Both the position numbers and the translations under genes were made by a program. Below, in pieces: positions 40,651 through 49,290 of a DNA stretch of 64,000 bases. The stretch comes from an uncultured Christensenella sp. (GTDB lineage Bacteria > Bacillota > Clostridia > Christensenellales > Borkfalkiaceae). The notes under the pieces were generated by a model. It saw only the letters and a list, made by a program, of their open reading frames with translations. It searched no databases and was not told the DNA's origin. Numbering within the stretch: position 1 is the first letter of the stretch; each line of letters starts with the position of its first letter. Location: positions 778 to 64,777 of the forward strand of contig CATLAR010000001.1 in NCBI GenBank assembly GCA_949878495.1, given 5' to 3'.

Positions 40651-41484
40651 ATGACTACGGGACAAAAAATTGCGAATTGCCGCAAAGAAAAAGATTTAAC
40701 GCAGACGGAGCTTGCGGAAGCGCTTTGCGTCAGCCGTCAGGCGGTTTCGCGTTGGGAGAGCGACCTCGCTTTCCCCGAAACGGATAAACTTGTAAAACTG
40801 AGCAATCTTTTCGGGGTCAGCGTGGACTGGCTTTTGAAGTACGACGGGGAAGAACGGCGGGAAGACCAAGCCGAACGGCAGACCAATCTGTTTGAAAGAT
40901 TTGCTAAAATGCATTTCGAATACAAGAGCGAACGCACGCTCGGCGGTCTGCCGCTCGTGCATATAAATATAGGTCTGGGCAGAACGGCTAAGGGCGTGTT
41001 CGCCTTAGGTATTAAATCCGTCGGCATAATTTCCGTAGGGCTTTTATCCGTCGGCGTGGTGAGCATAGGCACGCTCGCGCTCGGGATTCTATCTCTCGGT
41101 TGTCTTGCGCTCGGTATCCTCAGTCTCGGCGCGGTTGCCGCGGGACTACTGTCTGCGGGCGGCGTTGCTTTGGGGGTAATTGCGGTCGGCGGTTGCGCAA
41201 TCGGCGGGTTTGCGCTCGGCGGCGCGGCGATAGGCGGGTTTGCTTTCGGCGGTTACGCAAACGGAAGCTATATTGCGATAGGCGATATAGCAGCAGGAGG
41301 AATTGCGCTGGGTTCTACTTCCGCTCAGGGCGCGTTCGCGGCTACCGTGCCGCAGTTTAAAGAGTCAGCCCCCGATATATATGCAAGTTTCGATAAAATC
41401 CCGTCCGTTTTCCGCGTGTTCACGGGTTGGTGCAGAAGTATTTTCGATGGCGTGCTGAACGGGAGTATAACCCTCGGCGGTTAA
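40651..41484 (+). CDS. XRE-family HTH protein fused to ~20 tandem hydrophobic pentapeptide repeats
   Basis: N-terminal Cro/C1 HTH (LTQTELAEALCVSRQAVSRWESD). Residues ~115-215 follow the period-5 pattern [SA]-[VLIA]-G-x-[LVIF]. Confidence 0.75.
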   Translation: MTTGQKIANCRKEKDLTQTELAEALCVSRQAVSRWESDLAFPETDKLVKLSNLFGVSVDWLLKYDGEERREDQAERQTNLFERFAKMHFEYKSERTLGGLPLVHINIGLGRTAKGVFALGIKSVGIISVGLLSVGVVSIGTLALGILSLGCLALGILSLGAVAAGLLSAGGVALGVIAVGGCAIGGFALGGAAIGGFAFGGYANGSYIAIGDIAAGGIALGSTSAQGAFAATVPQFKESAPDIYASFDKIPSVFRVFTGWCRSIFDGVLNGSITLGG

Positions 41485-41523
41485 AAAATTTTTGAAATAT
41501 TTTAAAAAAGTTCGTTAAAACGC

Positions 41524-41554
41524 TTGCTCGTTACGTTGCGTAATATTGTAAAGT
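41524..41554 (+). promoter_or_regulatory. MerR-style promoter with a 19-nt spacer containing a palindrome
   Basis: TTGCTC (41524-41529), 19-nt spacer containing TTACGttgCGTAA, TAAAGT (41549-41554). Confidence 0.55.
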
Positions 41555-41607
41555 TAATTTGACGGCGGGGGAAAACCGAAAAAATTACGCCGTCAAAGGA
41601 GGAAAGT

Positions 41608-42327
41608 ATGTCATACACGACGGGCGAGATTGCCGCGCTCTGCGGGGTTACGGTGCGCGCCGTGCAGTTCTACGACAGGGAAGGGCTGTTAAAGCCCGAC
41701 GGGCTGTCGGAGGGCGGGCGCAGACTTTACGGCGACGAAAGCGTTAAAACCTTGCAGATTATCTGCACTTATAAAAGTCTGGGTTTGAGTTTGAGCGAAA
41801 TAAAGCGCGTTACTTCCGAAAAAGACGGCGGCGCGCAGGCGTTGCTCGTTCTGCTCGAAAACAAGGAAAAAGAACTCGGCGACAAACTTGACGCAATCGT
41901 CTCTCAGCGCGATAACGTGCGCGTTTTCAAGGAAAGACTCAAAAGCGGACTTGCGGCTCCGTCTCAGGCGTTGTGTGACGTACGTAAAATTATGGAAAGC
42001 AAAAAGAGGTATCAGGCGGCGATAGTTTTAATGTCGGTCCTGACGGTGTTGGGGTTATGCGCGGAAATCGCGTTTACCGTGCTGTGGATAGTCAAGGGTT
42101 GGTGGTTGCCATTTGCGGTCGGAATGCCGTGCCTTTTAGCCGTTATGACCGTTGCGGTCGTAGTCTGGATGAAAAACACCGCGTACGTATGCCGCGAATG
42201 CGGAAAAAAATTCGTGCCTAAGTTTTGGACGGCGTTTTTTGCCCCGCACACGCCTAAAACGCGTAAACTCACCTGTCCGCATTGCGGCGCTAAAAAATAT
42301 CACTTCGAAACATACCGCGACGAATAA
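41608..42327 (+). CDS. MerR-family regulator with C-terminal TM helices and a zinc ribbon
   Basis: MerR HTH (YTTGEIAALCGVTVRAVQFYDREGLL), two hydrophobic helices, and CRECG...CPHCG. Confidence 0.8.
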   Translation: MSYTTGEIAALCGVTVRAVQFYDREGLLKPDGLSEGGRRLYGDESVKTLQIICTYKSLGLSLSEIKRVTSEKDGGAQALLVLLENKEKELGDKLDAIVSQRDNVRVFKERLKSGLAAPSQALCDVRKIMESKKRYQAAIVLMSVLTVLGLCAEIAFTVLWIVKGWWLPFAVGMPCLLAVMTVAVVVWMKNTAYVCRECGKKFVPKFWTAFFAPHTPKTRKLTCPHCGAKKYHFETYRDE

Positions 42328-42365
42328 GACAGAGGCCCGAACGCAAAAGCGTTCGGGCTTTTATC

Positions 42366-43082
42366 TTAAAGATTTTTGGCGTAATCGCTCGGCGACGCGC
42401 CGTAGTATTTTTTGAACGTCCGCGAGAAATAAAGCGGTTCCGAAAATCCGCACGCTTCGGCAATCTGCGACACCGAATACGCGCTGTACTTGTTGGTCGC
42501 GCGTGAGGCGATAATTTCCGCCGCAAGCTCCATACGCCGCTTTAAAAGATACCCGTGCGGGGTCAGCCCCGTTTCCTTTCGGAACAGCTTTCTCACATAG
42601 TCGTAGTTCAGCGGAATTTTGTTAATGCTCTCCGAAAGCGAGTAAAAACCGTCTGATATATGCGCGTCAATCTCTTCGGTAAGCCGTCTTGTTACGGGCG
42701 AAAGCTTGCTTTCGCCTTCAAGCGTAAGGCAGCTCAATATTAACGCGCACAGCGCCGAAAGCACGCGTTCGCCCCCTAAACCGCCGTCCGTAAAAAGCGG
42801 CGCGCGCTCCAAGGCAAAGCGTACCGTTCCGCCCGCCGCGCCGCGTAAAGCACAGGGCTTTTTAACAGGATAAAACGCGCTTTCCAATATCGCCGACGGG
42901 CAACCCAAAAACCCGACGTCGACACTAAAAACTGCATTTGGCGGCAGAACTACCGCGCAGTCGTTGCCGAACGCGTATTCCCGTCCGTCCGCGGTGAAAA
43001 CCCCCTCTTTGTCGGGCGCGATAACCGTCAGCCCCTTGTGCGGCGCGCCGTCGTAAACGCCCGCAAAAACAATCTTGCTCAT
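42366..43082 (-). CDS. AraC-family transcriptional regulator
   Basis: C-terminal AraC HTH (VSQIAEACGFSEPLYFSRTFKKYYGASPSDY). Confidence 0.85.
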   Translation of the reverse strand: MSKIVFAGVYDGAPHKGLTVIAPDKEGVFTADGREYAFGNDCAVVLPPNAVFSVDVGFLGCPSAILESAFYPVKKPCALRGAAGGTVRFALERAPLFTDGGLGGERVLSALCALILSCLTLEGESKLSPVTRRLTEEIDAHISDGFYSLSESINKIPLNYDYVRKLFRKETGLTPHGYLLKRRMELAAEIIASRATNKYSAYSVSQIAEACGFSEPLYFSRTFKKYYGASPSDYAKNL

Positions 43083-43125
43083 ATCCGTATTATACGGTTT
43101 TAAATCCGTTTTGTCAAGAGCGCCT

Positions 43126-43180
43126 AATCAGTCTGTTCTATCTTGCCACCTCTTTAGGGGAGAGGGGCAGGGGTGAGGTG
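43126..43180 (+). repeat. Copy B of the structured intergenic repeat family
   Basis: AATCAGTCT...CTTGCCACCTCTTTAGGGGAGAGGGGCAGGGGTGAGGTG. Shares its 5' end with copies C and D and its 3' module with copies A and C. Confidence 0.7.
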
Positions 43181-43679
43181 TTTTTAATATAATTTTACAA
43201 CTTAATAAAGTTCGGTTAAAACCCGTTCTTTTGGGGTGACGATCCGATTTTACGACGGCTGGTTGCGTTCCGGCACGTATAATTATGCCGACATTACGTA
43301 CTTCTTTGTTCCTTCCGGCGGTGGTAACTCTTGCCAACAGACTTATGCCTACGCCGTCCGTCCCGCGCTTCACTCGGCTTACATGCGAAAAGTAAGTATT
43401 CCCGTATTCCGTTTCGCATTACGAAACGGAACAGATAAGAGTTATGAGATGAAGGGGATCGCCGTCCCGACCGAGCCGAATATATTTCGGCGAGGGCAAA
43501 ACCTACTCAACCTTAACTTAACGGAGCCGCGTAGACGGTATCTTTTAAGTTATGAGCTTATTTAAGCGGTTGAGTATTTTTTTGTACTCAAACTTGTCTT
43601 CCTCCCGAGGGTGAAGGCGGATACGTCTGCGGGTGGGACGTGGGAGATAAATGTTATTTTAATTGGCGCTTTTAAATAA

Positions 43680-43707
43680 TTGCTTTTTGCGCGCAAAGTG
43701 ATATAAT
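43680..43707 (+). promoter_or_regulatory. Promoter of the AEC transporter gene
   Basis: TTGCTT (43680-43685), 16-nt spacer, TATAAT (43702-43707) with a TGn extension. The ATG is at 43717. Confidence 0.55.
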
Positions 43708-43716
43708 GAGTGGGTT

Positions 43717-44727
43717 ATGTTACAAGTGTTTTTGAAAACGATAACTATTATGGCGGTGTTTTCGGCTTTCGCCGTGCCCGGCTTTATACTCAAAAAATGC
43801 AAAATGATAGGCGACGGGGGAATGCTCTCGCTATCCAACGTTCTCTTATACGTCTGTCAACCTGCGCTGGCGATTAAGGCGTTCTGCGTGTTCGACGCGG
43901 ACGACTGGCAGATTATACAGAGCATAGAAACGCCCCTGCTTTTAAAAAACTTCGGCATTGCTGCGGCTATTTCCGTGCTTGCTATAGGGCTGGTTTTCGG
44001 GCTTTGCAAACTCGTATTCATAAAATCGAAGGACAGGCGCGCCGCCGACGTTTATTCGTTTATCGCCGTGTTTTCAAACTGCGGCTTTTTCGGGATACCA
44101 TTCGTTGAAATGTTCACGGACGGCAACCCGCTCGCCGTTATGTATATAATGGTTTTCAACGTGTTTTTCAATCTGCTTGTGTGGACGCTCGGCGTGTATC
44201 TGCTTACGGGAAACTTAAAGGAAATACGCGTTAAAAAACTCGTGCTCAATCCCGCGGTGTTTGCAAACTTCGTCGCACTGTTGCTGTTCTTCGTGCCGCA
44301 GATAAATATATTTATGATGGACGGGGTGAAAGAGTTCAGGATTTTTCCGCAATACCTTGCCTATATGACCGCGCCGCTGTCAATGATAATCGTCGGCGTG
44401 CGGCTTGCGGAAACGCCCGTAAAAGAGCTTTTCTGCATTAAGGGCGTATACGTTGCGGGCGCGCTCCGTCTTATAGCCGCGCCCCTCGTTACCCTGGCAA
44501 TATGCTTGCCTTTCAGACTTTTGATAAGCGGAGAAACGCCCTTCGAGGAGTACGTCTGCCTCGCGCCGATAATTGCTATGGCAATGTCGCCCGCGGCTTC
44601 GGTCGTGGCGATGGCGGAACGCTTCGACGGCGACAAAAAAACGGCTACCTCGGCGTTCGTTACGAACACTCTGCTCAGTATCGTTACGATACCCCTTTTA
44701 ATGACGTTTGTCACCGCTGTTTTTTAA
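43717..44727 (+). CDS. AEC (auxin efflux carrier) family transporter
   Basis: 336-aa, roughly 10-TM protein with AEC-like organisation. Confidence 0.7.
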   Translation: MLQVFLKTITIMAVFSAFAVPGFILKKCKMIGDGGMLSLSNVLLYVCQPALAIKAFCVFDADDWQIIQSIETPLLLKNFGIAAAISVLAIGLVFGLCKLVFIKSKDRRAADVYSFIAVFSNCGFFGIPFVEMFTDGNPLAVMYIMVFNVFFNLLVWTLGVYLLTGNLKEIRVKKLVLNPAVFANFVALLLFFVPQINIFMMDGVKEFRIFPQYLAYMTAPLSMIIVGVRLAETPVKELFCIKGVYVAGALRLIAAPLVTLAICLPFRLLISGETPFEEYVCLAPIIAMAMSPAASVVAMAERFDGDKKTATSAFVTNTLLSIVTIPLLMTFVTAVF

Positions 44728-44795
44728 AAAACACCCTTGAATTTTCCGCGCGCGTATGATAGAATATAATCGTAGAAATTTTTCAAGGAGAATTT

Positions 44796-46991
44796 ATGGA
44801 AAACCTGCTTCTAATAATCGTCGGTATAGCCGTAGTTCTTGCAATTTCTTACGCCGTTTTCAACTTCTTCTGCGTTAAAAAACTGTCGGAAGGAACGGAG
44901 AAAATGGGGGATATTGCGGGGGCAATCCGTGTCGGCGCAAACGCTTTCATTAAATACGAGTATAAACTCGTCGCCATTATCGGCGCGGTAATCGCCGCGG
45001 TCGTGCTTGTCGTAATAAGCTGGCAGGCGGCGATAGCTTTCGTAATCGGCGCGGTTATGAGCGCTTCGGCGGGTTGGGTAGGAATGCGCATCGCAACCTA
45101 CGCGAACGTTCGCGTCACCAACACCGCGAGGGAGAGCCGCGACGTAGGCAAAACATTAAAAGTCGCGTTCAAGGGCGGCTCGGTTATGGGGCTTAGCGTT
45201 GCCGGGTTCGCGCTTTTGGGCGTGGTAATAGTCTACTGCGTGTTCGGGCTTGCAAACAACCAGATTGCCGATATAGTCGCAGGCGTTAAAGCGAAGAACT
45301 TTATCGGGCTTGAAACATCGTTTACAATGACGCTTTCGGGCTACGCGCTCGGTTGTTCGATAATCGCTATGTTCAACCGCGTAGGCGGCGGTATTTACAC
45401 CAAAGCCGCGGATATGGGCGCCGACCTCGTCGGCAAGACGGAGGCGCACATTCCCGAGGACGACCCCCGCAACCCCGCGACGATAGCCGATAACGTCGGC
45501 GACAACGTAGGCGACGTGGCGGGCTTGGGCAGCGACCTTCTGGAAAGTTACGTCGGCTCTATACTCGCCGCCGTCATACTCGCGGGCGAGCTTTTTATAC
45601 ACAAAATTTTCGTGGACGCGCAGCTTCTCAACGGAATGCTGTTGTTTCCGCTCTTGTTTGCGGGCTGCGGGCTTATATCCTGTATTATAGGAATTTCGTA
45701 TATAGTTTTAAAGCCGCGGCTGTCTAAAAACGTGCATTTGGAGCTGAACATAGCAACGTGGATTTCGGCGGGCGTTACCGTCGCGGCGGGTTGCGTGCTA
45801 AGCTACTTCATATTCAGGGAAATTCCCGCGCAAACGCTTGCGCTCAGCGGCGTAGGCTTCAAGGCGGGCGCATTCAGTCCCTGGCTCGCCGCCGTATGCG
45901 GCATAGTCGCCGGTATCGTAATAGGCGTTATATCCGAGTATTACACGAGCTACGACTATAAACCCACCAAAAAGATTTCCCGGGCATCCAAAGAGGGCCC
46001 CGCGCTGACAGTAACGCAGGGACTTGCAAACGGCATGATCAGCTGTATGCTCCCCGTAGTCGTGCTCGTCGCCGCCATTTACGGCTCGTACGCGCTTGCG
46101 GGAATGTACGGTATCGCGTGCGCGGCGTTCGGAATGCTTTCATTCGTTGCCGCAACCGTTTCCGTGGACACTTACGGACCTATATCCGACAACGCGGGCG
46201 GCATTGCGGAGATGAGCGAACTCGACCCCGAAGTCCGCGAAATAACCGATATGCTCGACTCCGTCGGCAACACTACGGCGGCAATCGGCAAGGGCTTTGC
46301 AATCGGTTCGGCGGCGTTTGCGGCACTGTCGCTTATGACATCGTATCTGTTTGCGTTCTCGGATATAAACCTTATCGAAGAGCTTGCGCTCAATTTAATG
46401 AATCCGCTCGTGCTCTGCGGCGCGCTTTGCGGCGCGGCGTTGCCGTTCTTCTTCTCGGGACTGCTTATAGAAGCCGTTGCCAAAGCCGCAAGAAAAATGG
46501 TGGAGGAAGTGCGCAGGCAGTTCAGGGAAATCCCCGGAATACTTGAGGGCGAGGCGAAACCCGATTACGAAACGTGCATTTCGATTTCCTCGCAGGGCGC
46601 GCTCAAAGAAATGCGTCTGCCGTGCATTTTCTGTATTCTCTTCCCGCTGGTTACGGGCTTTATCTTCGGACCTATGTTCGTCGGCGGCGTGCTTATCGGC
46701 GCGACGATAACCGCGATAATGCTCGCGCTTTTCTGCGGCAACGCGGGCGGCGCGTGGGATAACGCCAAGAAATATATCGAAGCGGGCGGGTTGAGCAGTG
46801 AAACCGATAAGATTGGCAAAGGTTCGTCCGCGCACGACGCGGCGGTAGTCGGCGACACCGTGGGCGACCCGCTAAAAGATACCGTGGGACCCTCTCTCGA
46901 TATTCTTATCAAGATTATGTCGACTATCTCGCTCGTAGCGGTGGTCGTGTTCAGTAACTGGAATCTTTTCGGGGTACTCGGCTTAGCTTAA
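44796..46991 (+). CDS. hppA: Membrane-bound proton/sodium-translocating pyrophosphatase
   Basis: GGGIYTKAADMGADLVGK, DNVGDNVGD and GNTTAAIGKGFAIGSAA motifs. Confidence 0.95.
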   Translation: MENLLLIIVGIAVVLAISYAVFNFFCVKKLSEGTEKMGDIAGAIRVGANAFIKYEYKLVAIIGAVIAAVVLVVISWQAAIAFVIGAVMSASAGWVGMRIATYANVRVTNTARESRDVGKTLKVAFKGGSVMGLSVAGFALLGVVIVYCVFGLANNQIADIVAGVKAKNFIGLETSFTMTLSGYALGCSIIAMFNRVGGGIYTKAADMGADLVGKTEAHIPEDDPRNPATIADNVGDNVGDVAGLGSDLLESYVGSILAAVILAGELFIHKIFVDAQLLNGMLLFPLLFAGCGLISCIIGISYIVLKPRLSKNVHLELNIATWISAGVTVAAGCVLSYFIFREIPAQTLALSGVGFKAGAFSPWLAAVCGIVAGIVIGVISEYYTSYDYKPTKKISRASKEGPALTVTQGLANGMISCMLPVVVLVAAIYGSYALAGMYGIACAAFGMLSFVAATVSVDTYGPISDNAGGIAEMSELDPEVREITDMLDSVGNTTAAIGKGFAIGSAAFAALSLMTSYLFAFSDINLIEELALNLMNPLVLCGALCGAALPFFFSGLLIEAVAKAARKMVEEVRRQFREIPGILEGEAKPDYETCISISSQGALKEMRLPCIFCILFPLVTGFIFGPMFVGGVLIGATITAIMLALFCGNAGGAWDNAKKYIEAGGLSSETDKIGKGSSAHDAAVVGDTVGDPLKDTVGPSLDILIKIMSTISLVAVVVFSNWNLFGVLGLA

Positions 46992-47006
46992 TAAAAAAGC
47001 AAATAA

Positions 47007-47046
47007 AAACCGCCCGCGGCTTTCTGCCGCGGGCGGTTTGGTTTTT
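47007..47046. terminator. Bidirectional terminator
   Basis: AAACCGCCCGCGGC-tttct-GCCGCGGGCGGTTT followed by GGTTTTT. Confidence 0.85.
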
Positions 47047-48080
47047 CAGCGCCGTATTTCGAATTTCTGGTTCATAAGCTGGATAATTGATTCTTCGTCG
47101 TCGGTGATATTGCAGTCGCCGTGCATCGTGTGCTTCAGTACCGACGAAGCCACGGCGAAATTAACCACGTCGTCGGGTTTCATTTCGCGCATCAGCGCGT
47201 AAATCATACCGCTTGCAAACGCGTCGCCGCCGCCCACCCTGTCAAGAATACTGAAACGGAAAGTGCGGCTTTCGTAGGTCTTGCCGCTGTACCACAGATA
47301 GGCTTTAAGGCTGTTTTCACTGCCCGAATGCACGTACCGCACGTGCCTGCCTATCGCCTTAAAATTATACCGCGCGTGCAGTTCGCGGAAAATTTTGTCC
47401 TGCTCTTCAAGAGTCGGGGTCATCGAAAGCCCGTCTTTCAGGTCCTTGCCGCTTTCGTCGCGCAAATTTATGGGCTCTATTCCGAACAGAACGTCCACGT
47501 ACGGCAGATATTCGGTAATGCAGTCGCGCGCTTCCTGCCAGCCCCAAAGCGCGGAGCGGAAATTACAGTCGAAACTCACAGTAATGCCCAGCTTTTTCGC
47601 GGCTTTTAGAGCAAGCGTGCACAGCTCGCGGCAGTTGGACGAGAGCGCGGGCGTTATTCCCGATAAATGCAGCCAATTAAATGGTTTAAGCAAACTCGTA
47701 AAATCCACCGTCTTAAAGTCGAATCTTGAAAAAGCCGATTCTTTGCGGTCGTAAGTCACCTTCGAGGCGCGCACGCCGAATCCCTCTTCGAGAAAGTAAA
47801 TGCCCATTCTGCCGTCGGGCGCATAAATGCAGGGCGAGCAATGCACGTCGTTGGAGCGCAGGTAGCGTATCGACGCTTTTCCTATGGAGCTGTCGGGCAC
47901 GACGGTGAAGTACGACGAGTCTATGCCGAGGTTGGAAAGCGCCGCCGCAACGTTGGCTTCCGCGCCGCCGTAGGTCACTTTAAAGTCGTCGGTGGTGCGT
48001 ATTTTTTCGTAGTTTGGCGGGGAAAGCCGTAAAAGCAGCTCGCCCATAGTGATAAATTTAACGGTTTTTGCGACAGACAT
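47046..48080 (-). CDS. PfkB-family sugar kinase (second KdgK-like paralogue)
   Basis: GGAEANVAAAL and DRVGGGDAFASG motifs. Confidence 0.75.
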   Translation of the reverse strand: MSVAKTVKFITMGELLLRLSPPNYEKIRTTDDFKVTYGGAEANVAAALSNLGIDSSYFTVVPDSSIGKASIRYLRSNDVHCSPCIYAPDGRMGIYFLEEGFGVRASKVTYDRKESAFSRFDFKTVDFTSLLKPFNWLHLSGITPALSSNCRELCTLALKAAKKLGITVSFDCNFRSALWGWQEARDCITEYLPYVDVLFGIEPINLRDESGKDLKDGLSMTPTLEEQDKIFRELHARYNFKAIGRHVRYVHSGSENSLKAYLWYSGKTYESRTFRFSILDRVGGGDAFASGMIYALMREMKPDDVVNFAVASSVLKHTMHGDCNITDDEESIIQLMNQKFEIRR

Positions 48081-48219
48081 AATTTCCCCCTTTTAGCCGC
48101 GTCTTTTTTATATAATTATACCACTAAATTTTAATTTGTACAGACCCGAGCGGAAAATTCGTTGATTTTTTTTCATTTATTGTGTTACACTTATTTAAAT
48201 TGACCGTCGGAGGAAGTAA

Positions 48220-49164
48220 ATGAAGATTGCCGTCAACACCAGCGCGATAAGCGATAACGATCTGGATCTGAGCGTGTTCGAAACGCTCGGCGAGTGTAAA
48301 TTTTTCGGCGAGGTTTCGCGCAAGGAACTGTTTGAAATCTGTTCGGACGTTGAAGCTCTTATCGTAAACAAAGTGGAGGTGGACGAAGAACTGCTCGCCG
48401 CCTGCCCGCGAATAAAATACGTGGGCACTTTCGCCACGGGCTACAACGTGGTGGATATAGAGGCTTGCCGCCGCCGCGGGGTCACCGTATGCAACGCGCC
48501 CGACTATTCCACTCACGCCGTATGTCAGCACACTTTTGCGCTTTTGCTTGCGCTTTACGGCCGGATTGACAAATATTCGGCCTCCGTTAAGGCGGGGGAT
48601 TGGATAAAGAGCCAAACTTTCTGTTATTTTCCGTACCCTACGCGCGAACTGTTCGGTAAAAAGTTCGGCGTGTACGGCTACGGCAACATAGGCAAATCCG
48701 TTGCGAAAATTGCCCAAGCGTTCGGTGCGGAAGTGGTTATTTCAACGCGTACACCGCCCGAAAACTGCCCCTATAAGCAGGTCACGCTCACGGAAATGCT
48801 TAAAACGTGCGACGTCGTGTCCCTGCATTGCCCTCTCACCGAAAAGACGGCGAAAATGATAGACGCCGACGCGCTTAAACTTATGAAAAAGGACGCCGTG
48901 CTGATAAATACCGCGCGCGGCGGGCTTATAGACGAACGCGCGCTTGCAGACGCGCTCAACGCCGGCGTTATAAGCGGCGCGGGACTGGATACCGTTGCTT
49001 CCGAGCCTATGCGTGCCGACAACCCTCTTTATACTGCGAAAAACTGTATTATAACGCCGCATATCGCGTGGGTCGCGCGGGAAACGCGCACGCGGCTTTT
49101 GGGTATTGTTGCGGGCAACCTGAAAGCGTTTATAGACGGTAAGCCCCGCAACGTAGTAAGTTAG
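48220..49164 (+). CDS. D-isomer-specific 2-hydroxyacid dehydrogenase (glycerate/hydroxypyruvate reductase-like)
   Basis: NAD-binding GVYGYGNIGKSVA, and NTARGGLID and PHIAW motifs. Confidence 0.8.
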   Translation: MKIAVNTSAISDNDLDLSVFETLGECKFFGEVSRKELFEICSDVEALIVNKVEVDEELLAACPRIKYVGTFATGYNVVDIEACRRRGVTVCNAPDYSTHAVCQHTFALLLALYGRIDKYSASVKAGDWIKSQTFCYFPYPTRELFGKKFGVYGYGNIGKSVAKIAQAFGAEVVISTRTPPENCPYKQVTLTEMLKTCDVVSLHCPLTEKTAKMIDADALKLMKKDAVLINTARGGLIDERALADALNAGVISGAGLDTVASEPMRADNPLYTAKNCIITPHIAWVARETRTRLLGIVAGNLKAFIDGKPRNVVS

Positions 49165-49165
49165 T

Positions 49166-49249
49166 ACACATCATCAGTCTCTACGGGACAGCCGGCTCGG
49201 CGACGGTAAGGACAACCCGTCGCCCTTGCCCTCCCGTTTGGTGAGGTGT
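49166..49249 (+). repeat. Copy C of the structured intergenic repeat family (most complete copy)
   Basis: Closing stem ACACATCATC / GGTGAGGTGT, GTCTC-tac-GGGAC hairpin, GGCGACGG-loop-CCGTCGCC hairpin, and the CTTGCC...GGTGAGGTG 3' module. Confidence 0.8.
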
Positions 49250-49257
49250 AATAAAAT

Positions 49258-49290
49258 CCCCCGCCCGAGTATCGGGCGGGGGTTATTTTA
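49258..49290. terminator. Bidirectional terminator
   Basis: CCCCCGCCCGA-gta-TCGGGCGGGGG followed by TTATTTTA. Confidence 0.85.

Noticed and set aside
43236-43565. 109-aa ORF (and the antisense 81-aa ORF at 43128-43373) as real genes
   Set aside because: Neither has an RBS or a protein-like composition. A weak resemblance of the YAYAVRPAL segment to DUF1566/FISUMP-type C-termini is too short to support even a pseudogene call.
43185-43680. Possible tmRNA, RNase P RNA or SRP RNA in the unassigned region
   Set aside because: GGGGTGACGATCCGATTTTACGAC loosely resembles a tmRNA 5' end, but there is no T-arm/CCA-like 3' end and no tag ORF. There is no GAGGAAAGTCC or ACAGAA-CCCGGCTTA-type RNase P core. 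CCGGAAGGAA on the minus strand lacks the flanking conserved SRP domain IV loops.
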